From positions 112,902,001 to 112,966,000 of the forward strand of contig OX597820.1 in NCBI GenBank assembly GCA_951406725.2: a stretch of DNA of 64,000 nucleotides. Direction: 5' to 3'. This DNA comes from Octopus vulgaris. Taxonomy: Eukaryota. Positions 23,850 to 35,845 of this stretch are shown in pieces (position 1 is the stretch's first letter; every line of letters begins with the position of its first letter). A program made the translations under genes and the position numbers. The notes under the pieces were generated by a model. The model did not search any database and was not told where the DNA came from. It was given only the letters and a program-made list of their open reading frames with translations.

Positions 23850-26800
23850 TCTTATGCTATTACGCCTAGGTTCGACTTTTGGTGCCGTTGGAACAGTAAA
23901 GGTGTCATAGAGCACTTCCATGGGTATCTTTTCTCCTTTTCCGCTTATCTATTTTTTAGTTGGTTTAAATATCTTTTGTGTTCCCAATTTTCGTCGCTTA
24001 TCATATACGCCATTTTGCCTATTCGTTTTGTTACTACTCCGTCTTCCCAACCTTTCCCATTTATATATATTTTGAAAAACACCTTCTCACCTATATTAAA
24101 ATACTTTGTCGTATTTCCAGCATTTTCCCTTTTGTTTCTTACTGGTAACAGTTTGTCAACAATTGACTTTATTTTTCGAGCAAAAGACTTGCCTGAACAA
24201 GTGTTTGAGTTTGGTGTTACCCTGAAGAATTCTTGTCAATGCTGCTTAATCGATTAGCTCGTTCCTTGATTTCTTTAGATGTTCTGTTAAATGCATCCAC
24301 TAACCGTTCCGCTTGACCGTTTGATCTTGGGTGATATGGCGGAGTAGAGATGTGCTCAATTGCGAACATTTTACAAAAGATTTTAAGCTCATACGCCCTA
24401 AACTCCATACCGTTATCGGATACTATGGTATCCAGGACACCATATTTTGCAACAAGTTCATGAAGAAATTCTATTGTTACCGTAGAGGTTGGTTTCCTAC
24501 ATATACACATTTCCGGTCACTTAGTATAACTATCTACTACAATTAGGTAATATGCGCCATTTACTAGTCCAGCAAAATCTATGTGAAGCCTGGTCCATGG
24601 ACTGTCGGTTTTAGGCCACGGTTGGAATTTTACCGGTGGTGACTTGACTGCAAGGGCACAACTTCTGAAGGATTTCACCAATTCTTCAATGCCACGGTCC
24701 ATTGTAGGCCAATATGCGTAACTTCTCATTAGTGATCTCATTCTCGAAATCCCAATATGAAATTCCTTCACTAAACGCTTTTGTAATCAGGCTGGTACGA
24801 CGACTCTTTGTGCATACATCACACAGTGAGAAATGGTTCGCCTTTGTGCTGCGCATGTTTTTATTTTCTTTAGCCTTCAGTGTTTCTTTCATTTTTATAA
24901 TGAATTTATCGTTCTCCGATTTCAATTGTATGTCTTTTAAAGTAACTGGTAGTTCACGAATGATGTTACACAAAATATTTTTAATTCAATTTTCCGCTCG
25001 CAAAACGGTAATCACAATATCTTCAAACGGTTCCGCTTTTTTCGAAATCAGTCTTGATAGACAATACGCATGGCCTAATTTATTGGATGGAATATACTCC
25101 ATCTTGAAATCGTTGTTTAATAATGTAGCCCAGCGTTGTAACCTATTAGCAGGATAAGTAGGAATTCCGCTTTTCGATCCAAATATCGATAATAACGGTT
25201 GGTGATCAGTTTGTAGACGAAAACTTCTACCATGCAAAATTCTGTGAAATTTTTTCACGGTAAAAATGATCGCTAAAACTTCTTTACCGATTTGACTCTA
25301 ATTTTTCTCTGCTGATATCAGAGAATGTGAGGCATGAACCCCCGCCTTCATGCTACCATCTTTATATTTATGTAGCATAACTGCTCCTATACTGTGCTCA
25401 GAAGCAAGGCGGCGAGCTGGCACGCCGGGCGAAATGCGTTGCCGTATTTCGTCTGCCGTTACGTTCTGAGTTCAAATTCCGCCGAGGTCGACTTTGCCTT
25501 TCATCCTTTCGGGGACTATAAATTAAGTACCAGTTACGCACTGGGGTCGATGTAATCGACTTAATTCGTTTGTCTGTCCTTGTTTGTCCCCTCTATGTTT
25601 AGCCCCTTGTGGGTAATAAAGAAACATATACTGTGCTCAGAAGCGTCTGAAGCTAAAACAATCCCAACCAACGACAAATCAGATATTATCTTTTTAATTT
25701 TGTCAAACGCCTTTTGGCAATTTTCTGACCAATTCCATTTCATATCTTTTTCCAGCAAATTATTCAGTGGAGCCCTAACCTTATGCATATTTAGGATATA
25801 ATTTTGGTAATAATTTGCCAGTCCTAAAATTGCTTGTAAGGTCGCTATATTAGTCTGAGGTGGTATAATTTTAATTGCGTCTGCCCTCGACCGGTCAGGT
25901 CGTCATCCATTTCTGTGAATAGTTTGTCCTAAATATCTTATTTCTTGTAAAACAAATTCACACTTTTCTTCACTCAAGGTAAAGCCATAATACGTAATTA
26001 TTTTTTCAAATGCATATCTTACGTGCTCGATGTGTTGATCCCTGGATTCACTTTTGATGAGTATATCGTTCAGATATGGAATTGCGAATTCCCAGTCCGC
26101 TAACATTACACCCATAATCTGTTGAAAAATCCCTGGTGCGACTTTTAAACCAAATGGTAACCTGTTGTACTTATACAGTCTTTTATGTGTGTTACCTGTT
26201 AGGTATTTCGAGCATTCATCGTCTACTCTAATTTGTAGGTACGCGTCAGAGAGATCCAATTTAGAAAATATCTTTCTACCGTTTAATTTCGCAAAAATAT
26301 CCTCCAGAGTAGGTAGCGGTTAGTGGCACGTTTTAAGACATTCGTTTAGACCAATGGAAAAATCAGCGCACACTCTGATTTTATAATTTTCTTTTCTTAA
26401 TATACACAGTTGGTGCTGCCCATTTAGAATACTTCACTTTTTGGATAACTCCAATTTTTTCTAGTCTCTCGAGTTCTTCGTTGACTTGCTTCGTCGCTGC
26501 GAAGGGTACCGTTCGTTTTGTTTTAAATTCTGGTATGACGTTCTCTTTTATTTGAAAATACGTCTTTGTCTTGGTACACAGACTTAATTTATCGCACCTA
26601 ATTTTTTACTTTTTCTTTCAATTCGTCTTACGACTTGTTTTTACTGGAGGTAAAACCATTTACGTTTTTTCAGAACAGATTTATGGGAAGGTCCCATAAA
26701 TTAAACAATTCTATCCAGTCAGTACGGAACAAGTTTGTTGCATTTTTCAACACAAAAACTTTTGCTTTCAAGGTTTTACCCCGAAATGTAACTTCAGTTA

Positions 26801-27600
26801 TCCTTTTGGCCCCCAAATGTAATTTTTTCCCGAGGCACTTTCCGTAATTTTTCTTATTTTTTTCTGTGTTAGTGTTAATAATTGTAATATCACTGCCTGT
26901 ATCTAACTGTAATTTCATGTTCACATTATTAATTTTTATGCACACAAACTTTCTTTTGTGAACCTCGCCTAGACTTTCTGTGGAGAAAACCTTTCCAGAA
27001 TTTTTTACTCTGCAATGCGAGCTTTTATGTCTGATTTTTTTACAGTTCCTTATACGTTAGAGGTCGACACATATGTATGTGAGAGTATTCCTTTTCTTCA
27101 ATTTTATTTGCGTCATGTCGTAGATTAATAATTCTCTGCCACTGCCCGCAGAGTTAAATTCTGGTCCTGTTCTAATTTTGTCAATATCCGAGCATGTATC
27201 TCTGCATCTTTGCTTGCAGTTAACCTTTGAACAAAAATTAGACATGTGAACATGTTTGGGGTTAATTCTTTTAGTTTGAATTTTTCGTATTCTCGATTGA
27301 CGACTCCGGCATAGGTGACAAAATCTTCATAATCTTTTTTAATAAATTTAAACACTCCCAGCGAATATTGAAAATTTTCGATAATAATTTAATTGTTTTA
27401 TTGAAACAAATTTCAAATGATTTTTGGGGGCAGAATGTAGTTACAGTACTTTTCGTGTTTGACAGGGGATCATTTTCTTAAAAGTTGTCGTACCTTTTCA
27501 TTGTCCATCCAATTTTTGCATTTCTCTTTGAAGATTTCTTCATATCTTCGGAAATATGCAGAAAAAGTCATATCTTCTGGGTTATAACTAAATTCTGCAA
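23850..27600 (-). pseudogene. Gypsy gag-pol pseudogene
   Basis: Ordered gag-PR-RT-RH-IN ORF fragments broken by stops, frameshifts and a SINE. Confidence 0.9.
25406..25626 (+). mobile_element. SINE (family 2, Meta-domain-like) inserted in Gypsy RNase H
   Basis: GAGTTCAAATTCC B-box, GCCTTTCATCCTTTCGGGG block; perfect 18-bp TSD TATACTGTGCTCAGAAGC (25388-25405 and 25627-25644). Confidence 0.92.
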
Positions 27601-27763
27601 TTCAATATTAATTCCGGCAACTGTCGGTACTGTTGTTGTTGTAAATACTATTGTTGCTGTTGCAACTGCACCACGGAGGCTAATAAACCTTCCATATCAA
27701 CTAATTTTTCTTTGATTTTGTATCAAAAGAAAATCTTACGTCCGACGTACGTTTCGTCGCTAC

Positions 27764-28032
27764 TTTTACACCCTTCTATACGTCGGATATACAGATTTCC
27801 CGAAGGGGAGATTAACACAACTGTCTTCACACGACGTGCTTCGAATTACTCCACTAAACACGATGTTTCAATAACTACAAACTTTCAACGATCTGCACAT
27901 TTTCCTACGACTTCCACAAAATTTCAACGACTCCCAGAACCTTTTGTCTCAACCAGTACGCTACTCTTTATAAGAGTTCCGCTAGTCCATTCTTCCAGTC
28001 CCACAGGGGTGTCAATGACTCTCATAACAACA
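27764..28032 (-). repeat. 5' LTR
   Basis: Direct repeat of 23495-23762, adjacent to the PBS. Confidence 0.9.
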
Positions 28033-28095
28033 ATATATATATGGATATGTGTGTGTATGTATGTATGTATGTATGTATGTATGTATGTATGTATG

Positions 28096-28166
<71 letters not shown>

Positions 28167-28272
28167 ATAAGATTAGCTCGTATACGAGTGGGTATATATT
28201 TGTAAAAAATGAAGTTCGAAAATGCTGCTATATTAGACAAATTTTTAATTTTTATATATATATAATATATAT

Positions 28273-28841
28273 ATACTTCAATGTATTTTTAAAGATTGTC
28301 ATGACCAATTTGCTCGTAGACGGTTGATTTCTGTAGTTATTATCGGTGTTTTTTATGGGGGGGGGGCGTTTTAAGTAAGAGCTTTGACTGTTATTTCAAT
28401 AGGTAGGTATACTTGGTATATCCTTTAATTAATTCTAATCCTTCGGCTATTTAATGCATTTTGGGCCTGCAATCGCCTGTATTATTCATTCTGTTATTAT
28501 AATTTTTAATTGTTACACTAGATAATAACAAAGTCAGTAATATCTTCGCAAACATTTTTCTCCTTAATTATTTGCTCCGTATTGAAATTGTTTTTACACT
28601 GGTGACTGCTATGGTTTGGCGCAAAACAAACCAGTTGCAGCGCAGACTTCAACGTGACGAGTTGGGGCTTTTCATCATGGTAACACGTGCTGAGGAAGGT
28701 GAGGCTATAATGCCAGTCCAGAAACTGGTCCACGTGAGTCCAAATACCTTAATGTATGTTGAAGATTGTCTTGACCCGTTTGCTCACAGACGGTCGATTT
28801 CTGTAGTTATTATCAGTGTTTTTTCGGTGATTTAAATAAGA

Positions 28842-28843
<2 letters not shown>
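28273..28843 (+). mobile_element. HHR-bearing ~470-bp unit with ~100-bp terminal direct repeat
   Basis: AAGATTGTC..GATTTCTGTAGTTATTATC at 28292 and 28762 (period 470); flanked by (TA)n. Confidence 0.75.
28684..28736 (+). ncRNA. Type I hammerhead ribozyme
   Basis: CACGTG-CTGAGGA-AGGTGAGGCTATAATGCCAGTCCA-GAAA-CTG-GTC-CACGTG; 6-bp stem I; GUC site at 28730. Confidence 0.75.
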
Positions 28844-28892
<49 letters not shown>

Positions 28893-29561
28893 CCTTTTTG
28901 ATGCGACTCTACTCTATACTGTGTTCTTCCTCTATTCTTCTCCAATTCCCTTTTTCTCCCCTCCCTCCTTCACCGTTTTCTATCTCTATCTCTCTCTCTC
29001 TCCCCTTTCTCTTTTTTTTCTCTCTCTCTCTCTCTTTGCTCCCACGTGACCATTGTCCATCTTTCTTTTCCTCACGTGACCATCTTTCTATTCCTGCACA
29101 GGCATTCAAAAGAGTGGACGTGTTTTTCTCTTTCTCTTCTCTCTTTTCAAAAAGATGTTTCTCCCACCGTTCACTATTTTCCTCTCGTTCTGGTCTAACG
29201 ACCCTCCATGCTTGTTTTCGTTCGGTTTCCTTGTATATCTCCACTGCTCTATTTTTGTTCCCAACTTTGACCTTCCATAAAGCCAAAATTTTATTTTGAT
29301 ACTTATGTGAGCAACTGTCTTTGAAGACACATATTGTCGTTGAATGATTGAAATGAGGAGTAGATAGACAGCCAAAAACTGATGAAGAGTCCTTTCTTTG
29401 TGTTTACTTGTCCTGAGTTCTATTTTTTCGTTCGTTACGTATTTAACTCGTTTGTTTACGTATTTCATGTTATTTGTACCGTTAGTGACGTCCTGTACCC
29501 ATATTATGTATATATATGTATATATTTATATACATACACACATACATGTGTGTAAATTATT

Positions 29562-29596
<35 letters not shown>

Positions 29597-29619
29597 TACA
29601 TATACATATATATATCTCC

Positions 29620-30042
29620 TGCTGGGTAACCATGTACGCCCTCTACAGCAAGATACCTGTTTCTGCCTCTCTGTCTCATCATCTGACACAAGATCACCTC
29701 CTCCCCTCTCAAGAGATTTTTGTCTGCGAGTTACTTGGTGACCCTGTCAGTGCTGGTGCTACTTAAAAAGCATCCAGTCCACACTGTAAAGTGGTTAGCG
29801 TTTGGAAGGGCATCCAGCTGTAAAAACCTTGCAAAAACTGACCTTGCCTGTGGTTGTGTCACTTAAAATGCACTCAGTTAATTCTGCTGGGTGGTTGGTG
29901 TTAAGAAGGGCATCCAGTCGTAAAAGCCCTGCCAAAACAGACTCAGAAGTCTGGGGCAGGTTTCTGCCTGGCCAACTCCTATCAAACCGTCCAAACTATG
30001 CCAGCACAGAAGGCGGACATTAAACAATGATGATGATGATGG
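29620..30042 (+). mobile_element. SINE (family 3) with duplicated core
   Basis: Two AAGGGCATCCAG blocks; GGACATTAAACAATGATGATG tail. Confidence 0.75.
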
Positions 30043-30358
30043 TATGAATATATATATATATATATATTTGATTCTCTAAACTTTTTGAATGTTCCAATGT
30101 CCTGGTTGCTGCTTATGGTAGAGCTATGTTCCATAACATCAAGGAGGATTACACCTTCCCATGCCCAACAATCATAACTATGACTTATAGCGCTATGACA
30201 AGAAGACAGAAACATATGCATGTGTATATACATACATACACACATATATGCATACAACATATACATACGTACATATATACGTACTTACATACATACATAC
30301 ATCAATTCAATAAAATTCCTTAAACTCGAACTCATGAACCCCACTCCAAATCTACATG

Positions 30359-30716
30359 TGGAGGCGCAATGGCCCAATGGTTGGGGCAGCGGACTCGCGG
30401 TCGGAGGATCGCGGTTTCAATTCCCAGACCGGGCGTTGTGTGTGTTTATTGAGTGAAAACACGAGGCTCTGGCAGGGGGTGGTGGCGACCCCTGTTGTAC
30501 ACTTTCGCTCCAACTTTCTCTCACTCTTTCTTCCTGTTTCTTGTCCCCGACTTCCTGCGCAACCGCTGAGCCTGGACGCGCATTCAGCCATCCGTCGATG
30601 CTCTCGGTGTCGGGAGTTGACCTGCTCTCTCTTCTGCGGGTCTTACGAATACCAAAGGACTACGTTTCGGACTTCTCCCACTGGACGAAGACCGCTACGC
30701 TCAACAGCAACAACAA
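30359..30716 (+). mobile_element. tRNA-derived SINE (family 4)
   Basis: TGGCCCAATGG A-box, GGTTTCAATTCC B-box, CAA tail. Confidence 0.85.
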
Positions 30717-30837
30717 ATCTATATAGACAAAACATAAGAAGTGACTCTAAAGTAAAATTTCAGTGTGCACTAAAACAGGGGTACAAACTGTTAACCACCA
30801 CATTTTTTCCTCTTTGACTTACCCAAAAATTCTTTTT

Positions 30838-30876
30838 AATATTTGATAAGATGGATACATTGAAACCGGTTGTATT
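30838..30876 (+). ncRNA. Minimal hammerhead-like motif (U3-A8 core)
   Basis: AATAT-TTGATAA-GATG-GATA-CATT-GAAA-CCGG-TT-GTATT; palindromic ACCGGT stem III. Confidence 0.45.
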
Positions 30877-31001
30877 TTAAATCACTCTCCATCACAAATA
30901 TATTAAACATCCTCTAAAAATATACTTCTTTGCCTTTTCCAACTTTATTTACTTTTTTAATCATAATTTTTTATATGTATGGATTTTTAACTTCTCTTTC
31001 A

Positions 31002-31102
<101 letters not shown>

Positions 31103-31260
31103 ATATATATGTTATATATATATATACATATATATAAGTATATATATATGTTTACATATATATAAGTATGTATAGATATATATGTGTATATATATGTGTG
31201 TATATGTATATATATACATATACACACACATGCACACACACACATATATAGATAGATATA

Positions 31261-31359
<99 letters not shown>

Positions 31360-31363
31360 TATA

Positions 31364-31757
31364 AGTGCAGGAGTGGTTGTGTGGTAAGAAGCTTACTTCT
31401 CAACAACATGGTTCCGAGTTCAGTCCCACTGCATGGCACTTTGGGCAAGTGTCTTCTGCTATACCCTTGGGCCAACCAAAACCTTGTGAGTGGATTTGGG
31501 AGACAGAAACTGAAAAAGGCCCATACATATATATATATATATGTATATATTTGTGTGTGTGTTTGTCCCTCCACCATCCCTTGACAACTGATGTTGGTGT
31601 GTTTATGTCCCTGTAACCTAGCAGTTTGTCAAGAGAGACCAATAGAATAAGTACTAGGCTTACAAAGAATAAGTCCTGGGGTCGATTTGTTCGACTAAAT
31701 ATGGTGCTCCAGCATGGCCACAGTCAAATGACTGAAACAAGTAAAAGAATAAAAGAA
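31364..31757 (+). mobile_element. tRNA-derived SINE (family 1)
   Basis: Homologous to 22225-22633. Confidence 0.85.
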
Positions 31758-31854
31758 TATATATATATATACATCAATCGTTGGCTAGCATTGAGAAATG
31801 GATGTAAAAACAAACAAATGAATGAATGATCAATGTATTTATATATATAATTAT

Positions 31855-32105
31855 CATCCTCATCATTTGGTGTCTGTTTTCCATTCTGGCATGGATAAGA
31901 CAGCTTGACTGGAAATGGTAAGCCAGAGAGCTGCACCAAGCACTAGTCTGTATTGGCATGGCTGGATGCCCTTTCTAATGCCAACCACTTCATAGAGTGT
32001 ACTGGGTCTCCTTCACATGTCACCAGCATGGGTGCCTTCAAGGTGTCACTGGCACAGACGACTCTTACATGTCACTGGCACGGGTGTCTTTCACGTATCA
32101 CCAAC
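31855..32105 (-). mobile_element. SINE (family 3), degenerate
   Basis: GGCTGGATGCCCTTTCTAATGCCAACCAC core on plus. Confidence 0.65.
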
Positions 32106-32203
32106 ACTGGTCATAATTATGATTTTGTATAAGGAAATATATAATGTATATACATGTAGATAGATAGAGAGAGAGAAGGGGGGAGCGAGAGAGGCAGATA
32201 GAG

Positions 32204-32258
<55 letters not shown>

Positions 32259-32959
32259 AACAGATAGTATCAAAATACTATAAATGTATGTCTATATTTG
32301 GTAATGAAGTCCATTCACTGCAGATGTCCATTACCATAGATATCAAGTAAAATATATATAAATTGTTTTTTACAATTATTCATCCCAAAATCTCAGCCAA
32401 ATCTAAGTCTTCACCCAAAGTTTGCTCTAGAAGTTAATTAACAAAAATTATCAATAAAGAAAAGATGTATATATTGTAAAAAGTTAATAATTATACAATA
32501 AGATAAGTTACACGAGTAAATAAACAGAAAAGAAAAAATATCAAAAGAATATATTGCAAATCCTTTAAAAGATCTTTCTTCCTGATAATATAAGCCAATG
32601 ATACAAGAGCTAACAGGATTTTAAAGAAACATAAAAACAATTGTTATTATATGGTGAATATCATTAATAACATGTAAAATGAACAAAAAAGTAATTAATT
32701 AAATTCTAAAAATTAATAATTTAATTAAACTCATGGTCAGCTTCAATCCTTGTGGTTTATCGTTTTAATTGTTTTTGGTTTGATATATGATATGTGTGTG
32801 TTTCTACACATATACATTGTCAGGTTTGATCAATTTGAAAAGAAGCATACTAAATAGTTTTGAAGAAGGAAATATTTAAAATGAGGAATTTTTCATTTGA
32901 ATTTGGTAGAGTTCAGTCAAAGAAATGGGCAGTAAGATGATGGAATGGAAGAGAGCAAG

Positions 32960-33480
32960 AAAAGTTTAAGAAGTACCACTTCCTTCTGCAGCAGAATCAT
33001 CTGGATCTTCTCTTCTTAAAGAAGAAGCAGCAGACATTGAAAATTTTGCATTATTTTCTTTTTAAATAAATTACGCAGAGTATTTTGTCATTGGCTATTT
33101 TTCTGGACAGTCTAAAAGTGTTGTGTTACTTGATTAGAAAAATAATTCACACTTGACTTCCCATTCTCTGATCTAGATTGAATCATTCTTACAATGTCTG
33201 TGAGCTGATGCCAGATATATTCTCTTGGTATATTCTCTTCTTCCTCAGCATTCAGTTGTTGCAGCATCTTTCCAATAAAGTTCCTTCAGCTTTGTTGATG
33301 GACAGTTTCTCATATGCTTCTCAATCAAGTTATTTATATCCTCTTCAATTGTCTGAACAGAATTTCTTCAAATATAGGCTCTGCCTCAAGTCTAATATTT
33401 CAAAGACAATGCCATAGTGTTCATCAAGAAAAGTTCAATTAGAAAATCTCTTCTTGTCGAGTCATCAAAAGAAGTTACTT
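32960..33480 (-). mobile_element. Possible decayed pogo/Tigger transposase C-terminus
   Basis: Minus translation IEEDINNLIEKH..KLKEL resembles Tigger C-terminal helices; heavily frameshifted. Confidence 0.35.
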
Positions 33481-33554
33481 AAAGTTACTTAAAAACAGGT
33501 TCAAGATGTTTTGTACATACTTTACAAAAATTGCTATTACTTGATAGGGTTATG

Positions 33555-33859
33555 TATATTTCTTTATTGCCCACAAGGGGCTAAACATAGAGGGGACAAA
33601 CAAGGACAGACAAAGAGATCAAGTCAATTACATCGACCCCAGTGCAAAATTGGTACCTTATTTATCGACCCTGAAAGGATGAAAGGCGGAATTTGAACTC
33701 AGAACTCAATTGCCTGAACAGAATTTCTTCAAATATAGGCTCTGCCTCAAGTTTAATATTTCAAAGACAATGCCATAGTATTCATCAAGAAAAGTTCAAT
33801 TAGAAAATCTCTTCTTGTCAAGAACTCAGAACGTAACGACAGACGAAATACCGCTAAGC
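33555..33859 (-). mobile_element. SINE (family 2) containing a 114-bp templated insertion
   Basis: 19-bp TSD ATTACTYGATAGGGTTATG (33536-33554 and 33860-33878). Confidence 0.85.
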
Positions 33860-34199
33860 ATTACTCGATAGGGTTATGGCAGAAAAGTGGTATTAGGAGG
33901 CATGAAATGATTTAATGAAATTATCTTCCCTTTAAAAGAAAATTAAACTAATATTCTTGATATTAAAATTCTGTAAACTTACATATTGTATTTCCCACAC
34001 CATATACCCTACACCCTGATTAACCAATCCCACCCAGAACTGCAATATAGCCCATTCTAATGTTTTAAAACCCTATAAATTATCACAATAACAAACTGTC
34101 AACGCTACTTTGACCCTGCAAAGTAAATGGTAGGTGAGGTGCCTCCTGGGATAGTGTGCAAGTCTATCACAGAGAATCTTTCATAGAGATTTTAGTAAA

Positions 34200-34450
34200 C
34201 TTAACCATGTAGAATTGCCCTATAAATTTGTCCAAAAACATTGTCATCTAGAAATTGTCTTATAGTATTGGTCATATGAAATCATCCAATAGAATTGTCC
34301 AATAAATTTGCCCAACAAAGTTGCCGTTAAAATTAATCTATTGGCTCATCCCAATAGAATTGACCTCCAAAAATGCCCTGTAGAATGCTTTATAACATTG
34401 GCCCAAAATATTGCCCATACAGAATTGCCCTATAGAATTTCTCCATAAGG
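34200..34450. repeat. Degenerate minisatellite (TAGAATTGCCCTA-like)
   Basis: Repeated AGAATTGYCC motifs. Confidence 0.6.
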
Positions 34451-34574
34451 GAACAACAATATATATTTGAATTTGAGCTGAACTCATTTCCAGTGATCTG
34501 GGATTCAAACATCACAACCATTAAATGCACTACCACTGTATATCACAAATGCACCAAATCATAAAATGTGGATA

Positions 34575-34740
34575 CATCAACAAACACATGAGCATACATT
34601 CAATATATACTACATAAAGATCATTCAACATATATTACACATGCATACATTTAACATTTACTACATGAGCATACATTCAACATATACTACATGGGAATTA
34701 TCCAACACATACTAAATGTTCATACATTCAACAAATACTA
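34575..34740. repeat. ~26-bp minisatellite (CATACATTCAACATATACTACATGAG)
   Basis: About 6 degenerate copies. Confidence 0.65.
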
Positions 34741-34741
34741 T

Positions 34742-34950
34742 TCTTTTACCTGTTTCAGTCATTTGACTGTGGCTATGCTGGAGCACTGCCTTGAAGGAGT
34801 TTAGTTGAAGAAATCAACCCTAAGATTTATTCTTTGTAAGCCTAGTACTTATTCTATCAGTCTCCTTTGCCAAAGCGCTAAGTTACATGGACATAAACTC
34901 ACCAGCATTGTTTGTCAAATGATGGCAGGGGGACAAACACAGATACACAC
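34742..34950 (-). mobile_element. SINE (family 1) 3' half
   Basis: TTCTTTTACCTGTTTCAGTCATTTGACTG..GCTGGAGCAC on plus. Confidence 0.75.
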
Positions 34951-35006
34951 ACACATGCATAAACATATACATATCTATCTTTCTATCTATCTATCTATCT
35001 ATCTAC

Positions 35007-35122
<116 letters not shown>

Positions 35123-35845
35123 TTATATATATAAAACTGGGAATGTGTGTCTATCTGTCTGTGTGTTTCCCTAAAACTTGAGAACTACACAACCAATTTC
35201 ATTCAAATTTTACACATGCCTTACTTAGGGTCCGGGGAGTGTCATTGGCAAAAAAAAATGTTCAACTTCTTGCCTAGAGCGAGCCCATAGCAATATCATA
35301 TCTTCTCCACTACTTCAGTATTATGTGTTAAAAGTGAAACAAAAACATTTCTCTATTTTATGTCAGATACTTTCACTTTAACAATAAAAATAATAATAAC
35401 AATTGAATTATATGTAGTAAGTAATAATTAAAATCAAACTAAAGTATAATATTATCGTAACATAACAAAAGTAAAAATATAGCAATTGGTATAAAATTGC
35501 ATCAATGACTTGAACTTGAATCAGTGGTTTCACATGAATGGGAATAAATAAAATATAAAATTTAAGTGCAGAAATGGAATAGTCCAGATGGAGGTGTGCA
35601 CGGCTTTTACATTAGATTATTTGCTAATTAGCTAGCATTAAGCATTCTACTGAGTACCGCTTCTGTTAATTGCGTTATTTTTCTGTTTGCGTTGTGAGAA
35701 AATTGCTGCCTCCATTTAAGAGAGTCGAAGTTGTGAATTTATTGTTTATACCAACTGCTTTGAACAGTGCCCGTTGTGAAACGGTGATTTTCGCCCTACG
35801 GGGCAGAAAATTTTGTATTATTTGAAATTTGCTACCTTTGAGGTG

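Larger units (their letters stand above)
23495..28032 (-). mobile_element. Decayed full-length Gypsy/Ty3 LTR retrotransposon (Mag-like)
   Basis: Two ~268-bp LTRs; PBS-like TAGCGACGAA (27753-27762); PPT AAAGGGGAATA next to 23763; protease QLDTGSDIT, RT DLSDAYLQI/YLNDILI, RNase H ASDAS/TDHQPL, integrase RLHIDFAG/VSDNG/SNGQAER. Confidence 0.95.

Noticed and set aside
29372-29400. CTGATGAAGAG in a TA-flanked island
   Set aside because: No downstream stem II closure with GAAA, so no HHR can be folded.
35632-35641. CTAGCATTAA just upstream of the LINE is the reverse complement of 46792-46801
   Set aside because: A 10-bp AT-rich match is compatible with chance; no TSD supports a TIR element.
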